Origin: an uncultured Bacilli bacterium
GTDB taxonomy: Bacteria > Bacillota_I > Bacilli_A > RF39 > UBA660
Assembly (NCBI GenBank): GCA_934131695.1
Contig: CAKOZV010000004.1
Location: 1,992 to 65,991 of the forward strand
Direction of reading: 5' to 3'
DNA: 64,000 bases
Of the stretch, positions 41,468 through 49,974 are shown piece after piece. The notes beneath the pieces are model-generated. The model was given only the letters and a program-made list of their open reading frames with translations, did not search any database and was not told the DNA's origin. Both the position numbers and the translations under genes were made by a program. Numbering within the stretch: the first letter of the stretch is position 1; each line of letters opens with the position of its first letter.

Positions 41468-42208
41468 TTACTTTACTCTAAGTGAAGTTGTATTAGATGG
41501 ACCTATTCCATATTTATTTGCAAAAAATTCTTTCTTCTCCATCAAAGACTCAACAAAATATTCATTATTCTTAAGTCTTCCTAATGATAAAAAGCCTTCA
41601 TATCGTTTTGTCTCGCCTCTGTCATCATACTCACATATTATTTCATCTATCGTTTTATCATCTAATGATTTTAAATGAGTAATACTTGCTTTATTAGGAG
41701 ATATACCACTTCTATTAAAGTAATATTCTCCTATATAAAGATTATCATAATCATTTTTAGTAATAGTTGCCTGATTACCCATAATAAGTTTGTCATCAAT
41801 AGTCAAAAACATTTTTTCTTTTCGTTCCATTGTAGGATAAAAGCCACAACAACTAAGTTTCTTTTCTACCCTATCCTGCTTTTCTTTTGAAGAGAAGTTT
41901 TTAAAGGTTAAACTTCCCATTTTAATACTACCAACCATTATCTGGTGTATAGTATCAGCATTAGAAAAGTCAATTTTTATCTTACCAATATTTTCTTTTA
42001 TATAAGTTAAAATAGTTGCAAAAAAGCTCTGATTTATTTCTTCTTTTTTAAAACCAGTTAATAAATAAAGACATAATTCAGTAAGATCATTATAATCATC
42101 TTCTTCAAATTCGCTTAAATGTTCATTAATATAGTCACACGTTTGATTTAGCAAATCTATACCTTTTTTACTTTCTACTTTTTTTTCAAGTGGTATAACT
42201 CTTCTCAT
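41468..42208 (-). CDS. hypothetical protein (last gene of the abi-htrA cluster)
   Basis: 246-aa ORF, 14 bp downstream of the htrA-like stop. No motif recognised. Confidence 0.45.
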   Translation of the reverse strand: MRRVIPLEKKVESKKGIDLLNQTCDYINEHLSEFEEDDYNDLTELCLYLLTGFKKEEINQSFFATILTYIKENIGKIKIDFSNADTIHQIMVGSIKMGSLTFKNFSSKEKQDRVEKKLSCCGFYPTMERKEKMFLTIDDKLIMGNQATITKNDYDNLYIGEYYFNRSGISPNKASITHLKSLDDKTIDEIICEYDDRGETKRYEGFLSLGRLKNNEYFVESLMEKKEFFANKYGIGPSNTTSLRVK

Positions 42209-42222
42209 AATAAATTCTCCCC

Positions 42223-43356
42223 TTATTCACTTTTTGATAATACAGCTTTAGTTTCATGTTCTTTACCATCACGTAAGTAAGTAAGTGTAATTGTATCTCC
42301 TGGAGCATATTTATATAATTCGTAACGAAGATATGCCGCATTTTCTACTTCTTCTCCATTAAGTTTAGTAATAATATCTCCTTCTTTTAAGTCTGATTTA
42401 GAAGCACCAGTACCACTTACTATTCCTGCTACTACTACTCCAGTTTTAACATCATTTGGAATATTATAATTGCTACCAAAACGAGATTGTTTAACATCAG
42501 ATACGTTTACCATTTGTACTCCTAATTGAGGCCATTTAATTTCTTCTCCTTTTTCTAGAGTTTCAATCTTAGACATAGCATATTCAATTGGAATAGCAAA
42601 TCCCATACCTTCTATTTCTTCTTTAACTAATTTCATAGAAATAACACCAATTACTTCTCCATTAGAATTCATAAGTGGTCCACCACTATTACCTGGATTA
42701 ATTGAAGCATCTGTTTGTAAAACTTTCATAACCCAGTCCCCTGAACTAGTTCCATAACCATTACTACTTGTACTAACAGTTACCATTCTATCTTTTCCAG
42801 CTAAATGACCAGTAGAAACACTTCCTTGATATTCATTACTAACAGGTGTACCAATAGTAAATACTAAATCTCCTAGTTTACTATTTTCACTAGTACCAAT
42901 AGATAATACTGTTAAATCTTTATTCTTTTTAATTCTAATTACAGCAATATCAACATAGCTATCACTACCTAATACTTCAGCATCTAACTCTTCTTCTTTA
43001 CTAATTACTACTGTTACTTTATTATTACCATCAATTACATGATGATTAGTTATAAGATAATCATATTTATCATCTTCTTTATAGACAAATCCAGTACCAA
43101 ATCCAGCTAATTCATTATTTTGATAATTTCTAACAATAACAACACCATCATATACTTTAGATACTGATTGACTAATTCCTGAACCATCTACTAATACTTT
43201 AGTACAGTTTTTACTACTACAAGTAGCACCTCCACTACTAGTAGTTCCTTTAGATGAAGTAGTTAAGTTACCATTTACTACTACATAAGTTAAAACTCCT
43301 CCTAAAATAAAAGCTACAATTATTAAAATACTATCTTTAAGTTTATCAATTTTCAT
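42223..43356 (-). CDS. htrA: HtrA/DegP-family serine protease (S1C) with an N-terminal TM and a C-terminal PDZ domain
   Basis: Catalytic triad context TNHHVIDG / DIAVIRI / GNSGGPL, and a PDZ segment GVVVAGIVSGTGASKSDLKEGDIITKLNGEEV. Confidence 0.8.
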   Translation of the reverse strand: MKIDKLKDSILIIVAFILGGVLTYVVVNGNLTTSSKGTTSSGGATCSSKNCTKVLVDGSGISQSVSKVYDGVVIVRNYQNNELAGFGTGFVYKEDDKYDYLITNHHVIDGNNKVTVVISKEEELDAEVLGSDSYVDIAVIRIKKNKDLTVLSIGTSENSKLGDLVFTIGTPVSNEYQGSVSTGHLAGKDRMVTVSTSSNGYGTSSGDWVMKVLQTDASINPGNSGGPLMNSNGEVIGVISMKLVKEEIEGMGFAIPIEYAMSKIETLEKGEEIKWPQLGVQMVNVSDVKQSRFGSNYNIPNDVKTGVVVAGIVSGTGASKSDLKEGDIITKLNGEEVENAAYLRYELYKYAPGDTITLTYLRDGKEHETKAVLSKSE

Positions 43357-44302
43357 CTAATTCATAACTCCTTTCAATTTTTTCAATTTGTTCAAAGTTA
43401 GTAGGAAAGCCCATTCGTTTTAAAACATCCTCTACTTTAATTGTATGTAGGTTATAAGATAAATTATTTATCTCTCTTTCTAATTCTAACATCATATTTT
43501 TAAATTCTTCTTCACTTAGCATATCTTTCATGATAATTACTAATGCAAAGACATCATTTTTACCTTGAACATAACCTTCATCATCTTCTTCTATATTTAA
43601 AAGTTTATGATAAATGGTATTAGGTATGACTTTTTGTGTTCTATTCTCATATAGGATATCTTCATGAGCACATAAATTACGATAGTTAGATAATATTGGT
43701 AGATAAGTTAGCATCGTAGAAACATTTAAATGATAGATATCACAAATCTTCTTTTGATCTTCATACTTTAAAATAGAAAATAATTCTCCAACTATACCAA
43801 AGGATAAAACTTTTACTAATATCCACAAAGGTACATAACCATAATTCATCATATAATGACTAGTAGCAGTATGCTCTCTACCATTAACTCTTATCTGCCT
43901 TTTCATCTTATGAATTAAATCATTAACCTGTCTTGATTTAGTTTTATCTTGAGTAAAATTCTTAGCTTTCAAATAATCTTTTTCTCTATAACCATATCGT
44001 TTAGATAACTGATAGGAAAAAATTGATTTTAGATTATTTTCAATGATAAGTAAATTCTTAAAGAAAACATTTCTAATTCCACGATCAAACAAAAAGATAC
44101 TATATAATTCCTCAAAGGTAGCCCCTTCTAAAAATCTTTTATCTTTCATACTTTTCATCAAAGGATAACGATAACCATTTAAGAAGAAATAATTTTCTCT
44201 AAGTAATACCCACTTAGCAAAGTCTGGATCATCGATAGTAAGTCCTTTATATTTCATTATTTCAATTTGTTCTTCTAGGTTTTTAAACTGTTTTTCTATC
44301 AT
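43346..44302 (-). CDS. abortive-infection protein, Abi_2 (AbiD/AbiF) family
   Basis: It resembles lactococcal AbiD1 end to end (MIEKQFKNLEEQIEIMKYKGLTIDD..., NGYRYPL, LYSIFLFDRGIRN, YVPLWILVKVLSFG, SNYRNLCAHEDILYE matching the RNxxAH motif). It overlaps the htrA-like start by 11 nt. Confidence 0.8.
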   Translation of the reverse strand: MIEKQFKNLEEQIEIMKYKGLTIDDPDFAKWVLLRENYFFLNGYRYPLMKSMKDKRFLEGATFEELYSIFLFDRGIRNVFFKNLLIIENNLKSIFSYQLSKRYGYREKDYLKAKNFTQDKTKSRQVNDLIHKMKRQIRVNGREHTATSHYMMNYGYVPLWILVKVLSFGIVGELFSILKYEDQKKICDIYHLNVSTMLTYLPILSNYRNLCAHEDILYENRTQKVIPNTIYHKLLNIEEDDEGYVQGKNDVFALVIIMKDMLSEEEFKNMMLELEREINNLSYNLHTIKVEDVLKRMGFPTNFEQIEKIERSYELDEN

Positions 44303-44403
44303 CTTTCCACCTACCTAGGGTAATTATACCACATAACTACTTAAAAAAATATGAATTTTTGATGAAAATATATGATATACTTTTGTAAAGGATGTGGTAA
44401 AAG

Positions 44404-45384
44404 ATGCCGGCAACAGTTACTCATGCTTATTTTGGTATGGACGTTTACAACAATTTACCTATTGGCCTAAAAGAATTATTAATGGATGAGAAAAAAAGTA
44501 TTAGAATGTTTGCTCAAGGAATGGACCCTTTCTTTTTTTATCATAAAATTTCTTTAAAGAATGGCAAAAAACAACAAGACTTTGCTCTTTATTTTCATAC
44601 TAATAAAACTAGAGAGTTTTTTATAAATTTAGTTAACTATATAAGATATAATGATTACTATCAAGTTCCTGATGTGATGGCCTATCTTTATGGTTTCATC
44701 TCCCACTATGTCTTAGATAGTACTATTCATCCTTATGTTTTTTATAAGACTGGTGAATTTATAAAAGGTAATAAAGAAACTTATAAGTATAAGGGATTAC
44801 ATCACAATATGGAAGTATTTATTGATAATTATCTAATAAGTAAACGGGAAAAAGGTAAGGTCTACTCTTTTCCCTTATATGATTTTTGTTTTGATTTTAC
44901 ACCTTTTTCTAAAGAACTTGAGGAAGTAATTGACTATGCATTCAAAGAAACATTTGGTATAACTGAAATGAGTAAATTCTACAAGCAAGCTTTAAAGGAT
45001 ATGCATTTTGCTCTTAAGTATTTTAGATATGATAAAACAGGTATTAAAAAATGTGTCTACACAGTTTGTGAAAAGATAACACCTAAGACAATGTTTCCAT
45101 TCTCAACTATCTCTTATCATGTATCTCTAACAGATAAAAGAAATTATTTAAATAATGATCATACTAAATGGAATCATCCTTGTCTAAAAAGAGAAAAACA
45201 TGAAGATAGTTTTGATGAATTGTATGATAAAGCACTAGAAGAAGCTTTAAGTATTATAAAGAAAGTTAACTACTATATAAAAGATACTAAGAAAGTAGAC
45301 TTAAACAAGGTATTTAAAAATCTATCTTATAAAACTGGTAAAGATTGTGACAAAGATTATGAATTAAAATATTTTGAATTTTAG
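44404..45384 (+). CDS. zinc-dependent phospholipase C-family-like protein (putative)
   Basis: N-terminal TVTHAYFGMD and later HYVLDSTIHPYVF / HHNMEVFIDNY His-rich motifs resemble the Zn-PLC superfamily as annotated in Clostridia. Assignment tentative. Confidence 0.4.
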   Translation: MPATVTHAYFGMDVYNNLPIGLKELLMDEKKSIRMFAQGMDPFFFYHKISLKNGKKQQDFALYFHTNKTREFFINLVNYIRYNDYYQVPDVMAYLYGFISHYVLDSTIHPYVFYKTGEFIKGNKETYKYKGLHHNMEVFIDNYLISKREKGKVYSFPLYDFCFDFTPFSKELEEVIDYAFKETFGITEMSKFYKQALKDMHFALKYFRYDKTGIKKCVYTVCEKITPKTMFPFSTISYHVSLTDKRNYLNNDHTKWNHPCLKREKHEDSFDELYDKALEEALSIIKKVNYYIKDTKKVDLNKVFKNLSYKTGKDCDKDYELKYFEF

Positions 45385-45430
45385 AGTATAAATAGATAAT
45401 TTTTAGAAATACTATCTACTAGGTGATATA

Positions 45431-46447
45431 ATGCTAGAAAAATACAAGGTAGTAAAGGAAAAGAATGAAGATGTTTTATATTTATACTTATCTATGAATT
45501 ATGAATTTGCTAAAGATTTAGATGATTATAATCTAGACAATTTAGATAAGAACTGGTTAATTAATCAAAGAATTCAATTTAATGGCAATAAAGTAGTTAT
45601 CTTTGTAGATGGTATTCCTACTAAAGTAGTATTATTAAATGATAATGATAAAATTATGTCTGACAAAGATATTATTCTGACTCTTGATACTGATGATAAA
45701 ATATCTTTAGATAAACTACTTTTAAGCATCTTGTTTAGTAACATTACTATTTTCTTAGAAGAAGAAGCTTTAAAAGCTATAATTATTCTTTATCGTAGTG
45801 AGCTGATTAAAAGGTATAGAAATAAAGAAAAGATATCTAAAGATAATCATCACTTTTCTTATGTTAATTTAAACTATTACAAATTACTTTATCCAAATAC
45901 TTACAAGATGTATGAGACTTTATTTAAAAAGGTAATAAAATCTACTGACGGAGAATATCTAGTGTATAACAAAGAACCAATAGAAGCTTACATTCACTTA
46001 GTAAGTAATGGTTACACAGAGACTAATAGTAATATCCCTTATTTAAAACAAACAGAAAGTCTTTGGGATTTAGCATATCCTAATTATATGAATCAAAAAT
46101 ACTTTTCAGTAGAAGAAATAAGAAAAAGATTAAATATCAAAGATAATAATATTAATATTGAAATTAAACAGTTAAGTCCTAGTAATAGAATTTTAAAATT
46201 ACAAGTAAATGATAAGATTTTCAATTCACTTGATTTAATGACTAGCCTAGATTTACCTTCTGCTGATATTACTATTCTTGTCTTAAAACAAGGATTTACT
46301 TTTATTACTAGAGGGATTGGTAACGGTTATGGATTAAGTATCGTTGGTGCAAACGCTCTAGCTAAACTTGATTGTAACTATAAACAAATATTAGGATACT
46401 ATTTTCAGAATGTAGTATTATATACTAAGGAAGAGTCTAAAATATAG
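45431..46447 (+). CDS. SpoIID/LytB-domain-like protein (diverged)
   Basis: C-terminal TRGIGNGYGLSIVGANALAKLDCNYKQILGYYFQNV resembles the SpoIID/LytB signature G.GHG.GMSQ.GA...G..Y..IL.HYY. Confidence 0.45.
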   Translation: MLEKYKVVKEKNEDVLYLYLSMNYEFAKDLDDYNLDNLDKNWLINQRIQFNGNKVVIFVDGIPTKVVLLNDNDKIMSDKDIILTLDTDDKISLDKLLLSILFSNITIFLEEEALKAIIILYRSELIKRYRNKEKISKDNHHFSYVNLNYYKLLYPNTYKMYETLFKKVIKSTDGEYLVYNKEPIEAYIHLVSNGYTETNSNIPYLKQTESLWDLAYPNYMNQKYFSVEEIRKRLNIKDNNINIEIKQLSPSNRILKLQVNDKIFNSLDLMTSLDLPSADITILVLKQGFTFITRGIGNGYGLSIVGANALAKLDCNYKQILGYYFQNVVLYTKEESKI

Positions 46448-46455
46448 ATTCTTTT

Positions 46456-46833
46456 TTATTTTAGTTGCTTCTTATTTCTTTCTAAATCTTTTAATGACCT
46501 CTTAGGAGTTGGCAATTTTTCTGGCATAGTTCCACCATTTTTAGCAATAACCTCTCTAATATTTTTTCCAATATTATAATGTGTTTCATTAGCTGCTTGC
46601 TCACTAGATATATTATCTTTTTTTAGTTTTGCCTCAGTCTGACTAATTCTAAAAAGATTAGCTATTAACTCTTCACTACCCATATTATCCAAAATATCTT
46701 CTCTATATCTTAATTTTTTTCTTTTAGCAATATCATCAGCAGTTTCACCATTATACAATCCCCTATATCCAGCATTATGAAATTTATCAAAGTTTTTAAC
46801 ACTACAGTTTTTAGCAGTTTGATTTAAAGACTA
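46456..46833 (-). pseudogene. dinD: 3' portion of a dinD-like (DNA-damage-inducible protein D family) gene interrupted by an IS element
   Basis: The frame reads ...KNFDKFHNAGYRGLYNGETADD...NMGSEELIANLFRISQTEAKLKKDNISSEQAANETHYNIGKNIREVIAKNGGTMPEKLPTP..., matching the DinD C-terminal half. It reads open up to the IS right end at about 46833. Confidence 0.7.
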
Positions 46834-48345
46834 GTTACCTCTTCTAGTCAAACTTCTTTGGTGAACTACCCATCACCTAAAGGTAATGGGCTTCTAAGGA
46901 GCTAACGTTCCTATTTAAGAAGTTTGATATTTAAGTTTCCACCTAAGCAATTAGGCAATCCTTATTCTTATGGGCGTGTCCACTTCGCCCCTACCGTATA
47001 GGATATTCATATCCACAACGCTACTTTTACGCATAATATTCAACGCACCATTTATATCTGCATTAAATGTTTTACCATTTGCCGTTTTGTATAGACCACG
47101 ATGTACTCGATTACCACTAAATTCATATTCTTTAGGATTATCGTTATTATAGACAGGAATGTTATCTTTATCCCAAAAGCTTGCTTTTGAAGTGTAGGAT
47201 TCTTCCTGTTCTACATAAGTGATACCATTAAGTTCACACATATATGCCAGCTTATCTCTAAGGCGACCGTATGGTATATTTACAAAGTTTTGGTTATTTT
47301 GCTTACCGATATGACTGTTTCTTTGGAAAGTCACATTGTAGCCTGCTATAAGAGTGCCTATATCATTGTTAATACAGTAATCTATAATCATACGAGCTAC
47401 TTTGTTCATATAATCATTAACCTTATTGTTGCAGTCCCTGGCGATAGCTTTTTGCCTGTTAGTAGGCTTTTTACCAAAGTGCTGCTTATCCTTAATGGAT
47501 TGCAAACGAGCATTTTCTTTGTTAAACCACTGATTTATGGATTTAAGCCTTCTTCCATCAACAATGAATGACTTACCTGTACTTGATACCGCCGTTACAA
47601 GATTATTTACACCAAGGTCTAATGCAAGTGCATTTTGTGTGTTTAGATTTCTTTGAATACATTCAGTTTCATATATATACTGAATCTCAAAGTACCTTGC
47701 ATTTGTCTTTGGTAAAATGCGAATCTCTTTTACTTTCTTATCAAGTAATACAGGTGGAATGGTAATCTCCACAACCTTATGCGTTTTTTTAAAGTTGTTT
47801 GAAAATGGAAGTATTAACTTATTTCCATTAAGTCTCACAAAACCTATGACAAGTGTTGTATATCCGTCTTTTGGAAGATAACGTGGCAACTTACAATCCT
47901 TAAAGGAATATTTACCTTGTTTTGCAAGCTTTATCAAACCAAAGAATGATTTAAAACTACCATCAACCTCTTTAAGTATTTGTTGTGCCATATTTGAGTT
48001 TAATTCTTTGTAGTTAGGACTGCTTTTAAGAAGCTTATAGTTCTTCTCATACTTCAAGAATTTATCCCCTGTAAAGTAATACTGCCGAACATTATATATG
48101 GCTTCGTTAGTAAGATTTTTAGCTATATGGCAAAGTTCCTTAATTGATTTGTAATCTTCCTTAGACAGATGTTTTATCTGCTGTTTTACAGTAAGATACA
48201 TGCGTTGTCCCTCCTTTCGTCAGATTTAGAGAAATTCCCTATGTATCTGTTATACTGATTATTTTACCAAGAAACAATATTATCAGTAAAATATATATTT
48301 CGTGGTTGCTTACATCCCACCACCTAAAGGTAGTGGGTTTTACGC
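46834..48345 (-). mobile_element. IS200/IS605-family tnpB-only (non-autonomous) insertion element
   Basis: The tnpB ORF is flanked by subterminal hairpins CCCATCACCTAAAGGTAATGGG (46869-46890) and CCCACCACCTAAAGGTAGTGGG (48318-48339). No tnpA is present. The dinD-like gene is split precisely around it. Exact ends are uncertain by about 20 nt. Confidence 0.75.
46951..48201 (-). CDS. tnpB: TnpB (IS605 OrfB / RNA-guided endonuclease family), a variant lacking the Cys4 zinc finger
   Basis: The N-terminus (MYLTVKQQIKHL...AKNLTNEAIYNVRQYYF) is TnpB-like. It has RuvC-I ALDLGVNNLVT, RuvC-II VEQEESYTSKAS and RuvC-III NADINGALNIMRK. No CxxC pairs lie between RuvC-II and RuvC-III. Confidence 0.8.
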   Translation of the reverse strand: MYLTVKQQIKHLSKEDYKSIKELCHIAKNLTNEAIYNVRQYYFTGDKFLKYEKNYKLLKSSPNYKELNSNMAQQILKEVDGSFKSFFGLIKLAKQGKYSFKDCKLPRYLPKDGYTTLVIGFVRLNGNKLILPFSNNFKKTHKVVEITIPPVLLDKKVKEIRILPKTNARYFEIQYIYETECIQRNLNTQNALALDLGVNNLVTAVSSTGKSFIVDGRRLKSINQWFNKENARLQSIKDKQHFGKKPTNRQKAIARDCNNKVNDYMNKVARMIIDYCINNDIGTLIAGYNVTFQRNSHIGKQNNQNFVNIPYGRLRDKLAYMCELNGITYVEQEESYTSKASFWDKDNIPVYNNDNPKEYEFSGNRVHRGLYKTANGKTFNADINGALNIMRKSSVVDMNILYGRGEVDTPIRIRIA

Positions 48346-48767
48346 TCTAAGTTATAAAATCTTTTCTCATCTTCAGTTAAATTATCATATTCTTTTTCTG
48401 TTAACTCTTGTTTTCTAGTTTGCACTGCAAAATATGTTTGTCCTAAAGCAACTACCTGCTTTCTAGAATCAGCATTCTGAACAATTAAATAACAAGCATA
48501 TCTAGACAACTTATAATCCATGATATTCCTTGAAGTCCTAGAGCCTATTTTAACCATTTTTCCCACTTGGGCAAAATGGTCTGTTACTCCATAATTACTC
48601 TTTTCACAAGCAATTTTTGCATTTTCAATTACATTACAAAACTTATCCCATCTTTTGTATTCTAATGCTACTTGTAATTCTCTAGCATACCAATATTCCT
48701 TATCATATTCATTAGTATGTTTAATCCTCTCAAAAATTGTTTCATTGTACTCATTTATTTGATTCAT
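48324..48767 (-). pseudogene. dinD: 5' portion of the same dinD-like gene (Bro-N-like N-terminal domain), terminated inside the IS left end
   Basis: FERIKHTNEYDKEYWYARELQVALEYKRWDKFCNVIENAKIACEKS...LSRYACYLIVQNADSRKQVVALGQTYFAVQTRKQEL...EDEKR matches the DinD N-terminus. The stop falls in the IS hairpin. Confidence 0.7.
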
Positions 48768-48805
48768 GTTCCACCTCCAAAAAATTTTAAATATATAATA
48801 TTATA

Positions 48806-48819
48806 AAAACATATGTTCG
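48806..48819. promoter_or_regulatory. Cheo box (LexA/DinR operator) overlapping the dinD-like promoter
   Basis: The minus strand reads TTGACGAACATATGTTTTTATAATATT. CGAACATATGTTTT gives 12/14 to the consensus, and is embedded between a -35 TTGACG and a -10-like TATTAT. Confidence 0.55.
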
Positions 48820-48842
48820 TCAATACTTATTTTGAATTATTT

Positions 48843-49508
48843 TTATAATTCTTTTTGAAAGTACTCATAAACACCTCTAGTTATACTTAAAGCTAATCTT
48901 TTTTGATAATCTTCTCTTTGCAATAAATATCTATCATTTGGATTAGACAAGAAACCACACTCTATTAAAACACCAGGTACTCTAGTATTAGAATATAAAT
49001 AAAGATTAGTCTTCTTAATAATCCTCTTAGTCTTAAACTCTTTTTTAAATTCATTATGAATACTTTCTGCTAATAAAAGATTATTCTTATTTATAGAATG
49101 ATATAAAACCTCTTGTCCTCTACCATTCCCTGCATTTATGTGAATAGAAAGATATAAATCACTCTTTTTATTTTGAATAAATAATATTCTTCTATATAAG
49201 TCTCCTCTTTTCTTTCTAGCATCCCACTTACTAGATAAATCTTCATCAACCATCCTAGTCATATAGACAGTTGCCCCATTTTCTTCTAAGACTTTTTTTA
49301 ATTGATAAGATATCTCTAGATTTAAATCTTTTTCCATAAGTTTACCAGATATAGTCCCACTATCTCGACCACCATGCCCGGGATCAATTGTAATTATTTT
49401 TCCTTCCAGTGGTAATATATTATTCATTTTAGCATCCACTAATTGAAGTGATATTAATAAAGTAAAAAAAAGTATTAACATTAAACTCTTATATTTTCTA
49501 ATAACCAT
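48843..49508 (-). CDS. cwlD: N-acetylmuramoyl-L-alanine amidase, Amidase_3 family (CwlD-like)
   Basis: Signal/TM then IDPGHGGRDSG...E...H and a size of about 220 aa typical of CwlD. Confidence 0.65.
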   Translation of the reverse strand: MVIRKYKSLMLILFFTLLISLQLVDAKMNNILPLEGKIITIDPGHGGRDSGTISGKLMEKDLNLEISYQLKKVLEENGATVYMTRMVDEDLSSKWDARKKRGDLYRRILFIQNKKSDLYLSIHINAGNGRGQEVLYHSINKNNLLLAESIHNEFKKEFKTKRIIKKTNLYLYSNTRVPGVLIECGFLSNPNDRYLLQREDYQKRLALSITRGVYEYFQKEL

Positions 49509-49551
49509 ATAAAAACACCTAGTAAATTTTATGTCTACTAGGTAATTTTAA

Positions 49552-49902
49552 TCACAATAATAACAAAATAGTTAAATAAGTAACTCTACTTAGCTTTATT
49601 AAATTTTTTCTTTCTTTTGTAGCAACTAACGTCCCATCTGTCTTGTAAATTGATACTCGAATGACATCATCATATAAATTTAAAGACCTATTCAAAATAT
49701 CATCTACAGAAGTAAAAGAAGGGATATCATCTTCATCAATAATTGGATTACAATCAGCAAAGCCAATCATAAATCCTTCTATTGTTTTACAATAAGCACC
49801 AAGTGAATACTTATCATCTTTTTCAAAATATACAATTCTATATCCTTCATCATATTTTTTTCCACAACCAGCATCTATTAGTTTTTCAGATAAAATTTTC
49901 AT
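49552..49902 (-). CDS. hypothetical protein (116 aa)
   Basis: ORF only. Hydrophobic C-terminal tail. No motif. Confidence 0.4.
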   Translation of the reverse strand: MKILSEKLIDAGCGKKYDEGYRIVYFEKDDKYSLGAYCKTIEGFMIGFADCNPIIDEDDIPSFTSVDDILNRSLNLYDDVIRVSIYKTDGTLVATKERKNLIKLSRVTYLTILLLL

Positions 49903-49974
49903 TTTGTTAACTCCTTATATATATTTATATTATAAAACATATATTTGTTTCAAAATAATAATTAATTATCAATA

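Noticed and set aside
41675-41890. 71-aa ORF antisense in the 246-aa hypothetical gene
   Set aside because: Shadow ORF.
42223-43356. HtrA-like protease as an effector of an Abi-protease defence system
   Set aside because: Its domain order, TM anchor and catalytic and PDZ motifs are those of ordinary housekeeping HtrA. The overlap with the abi gene may simply reflect insertion of abi upstream. It is kept only as a possibility in the findings.
46970-47765. Three short plus-strand ORFs (46970-47152, 47290-47571, 47568-47765)
   Set aside because: All are antisense within tnpB.
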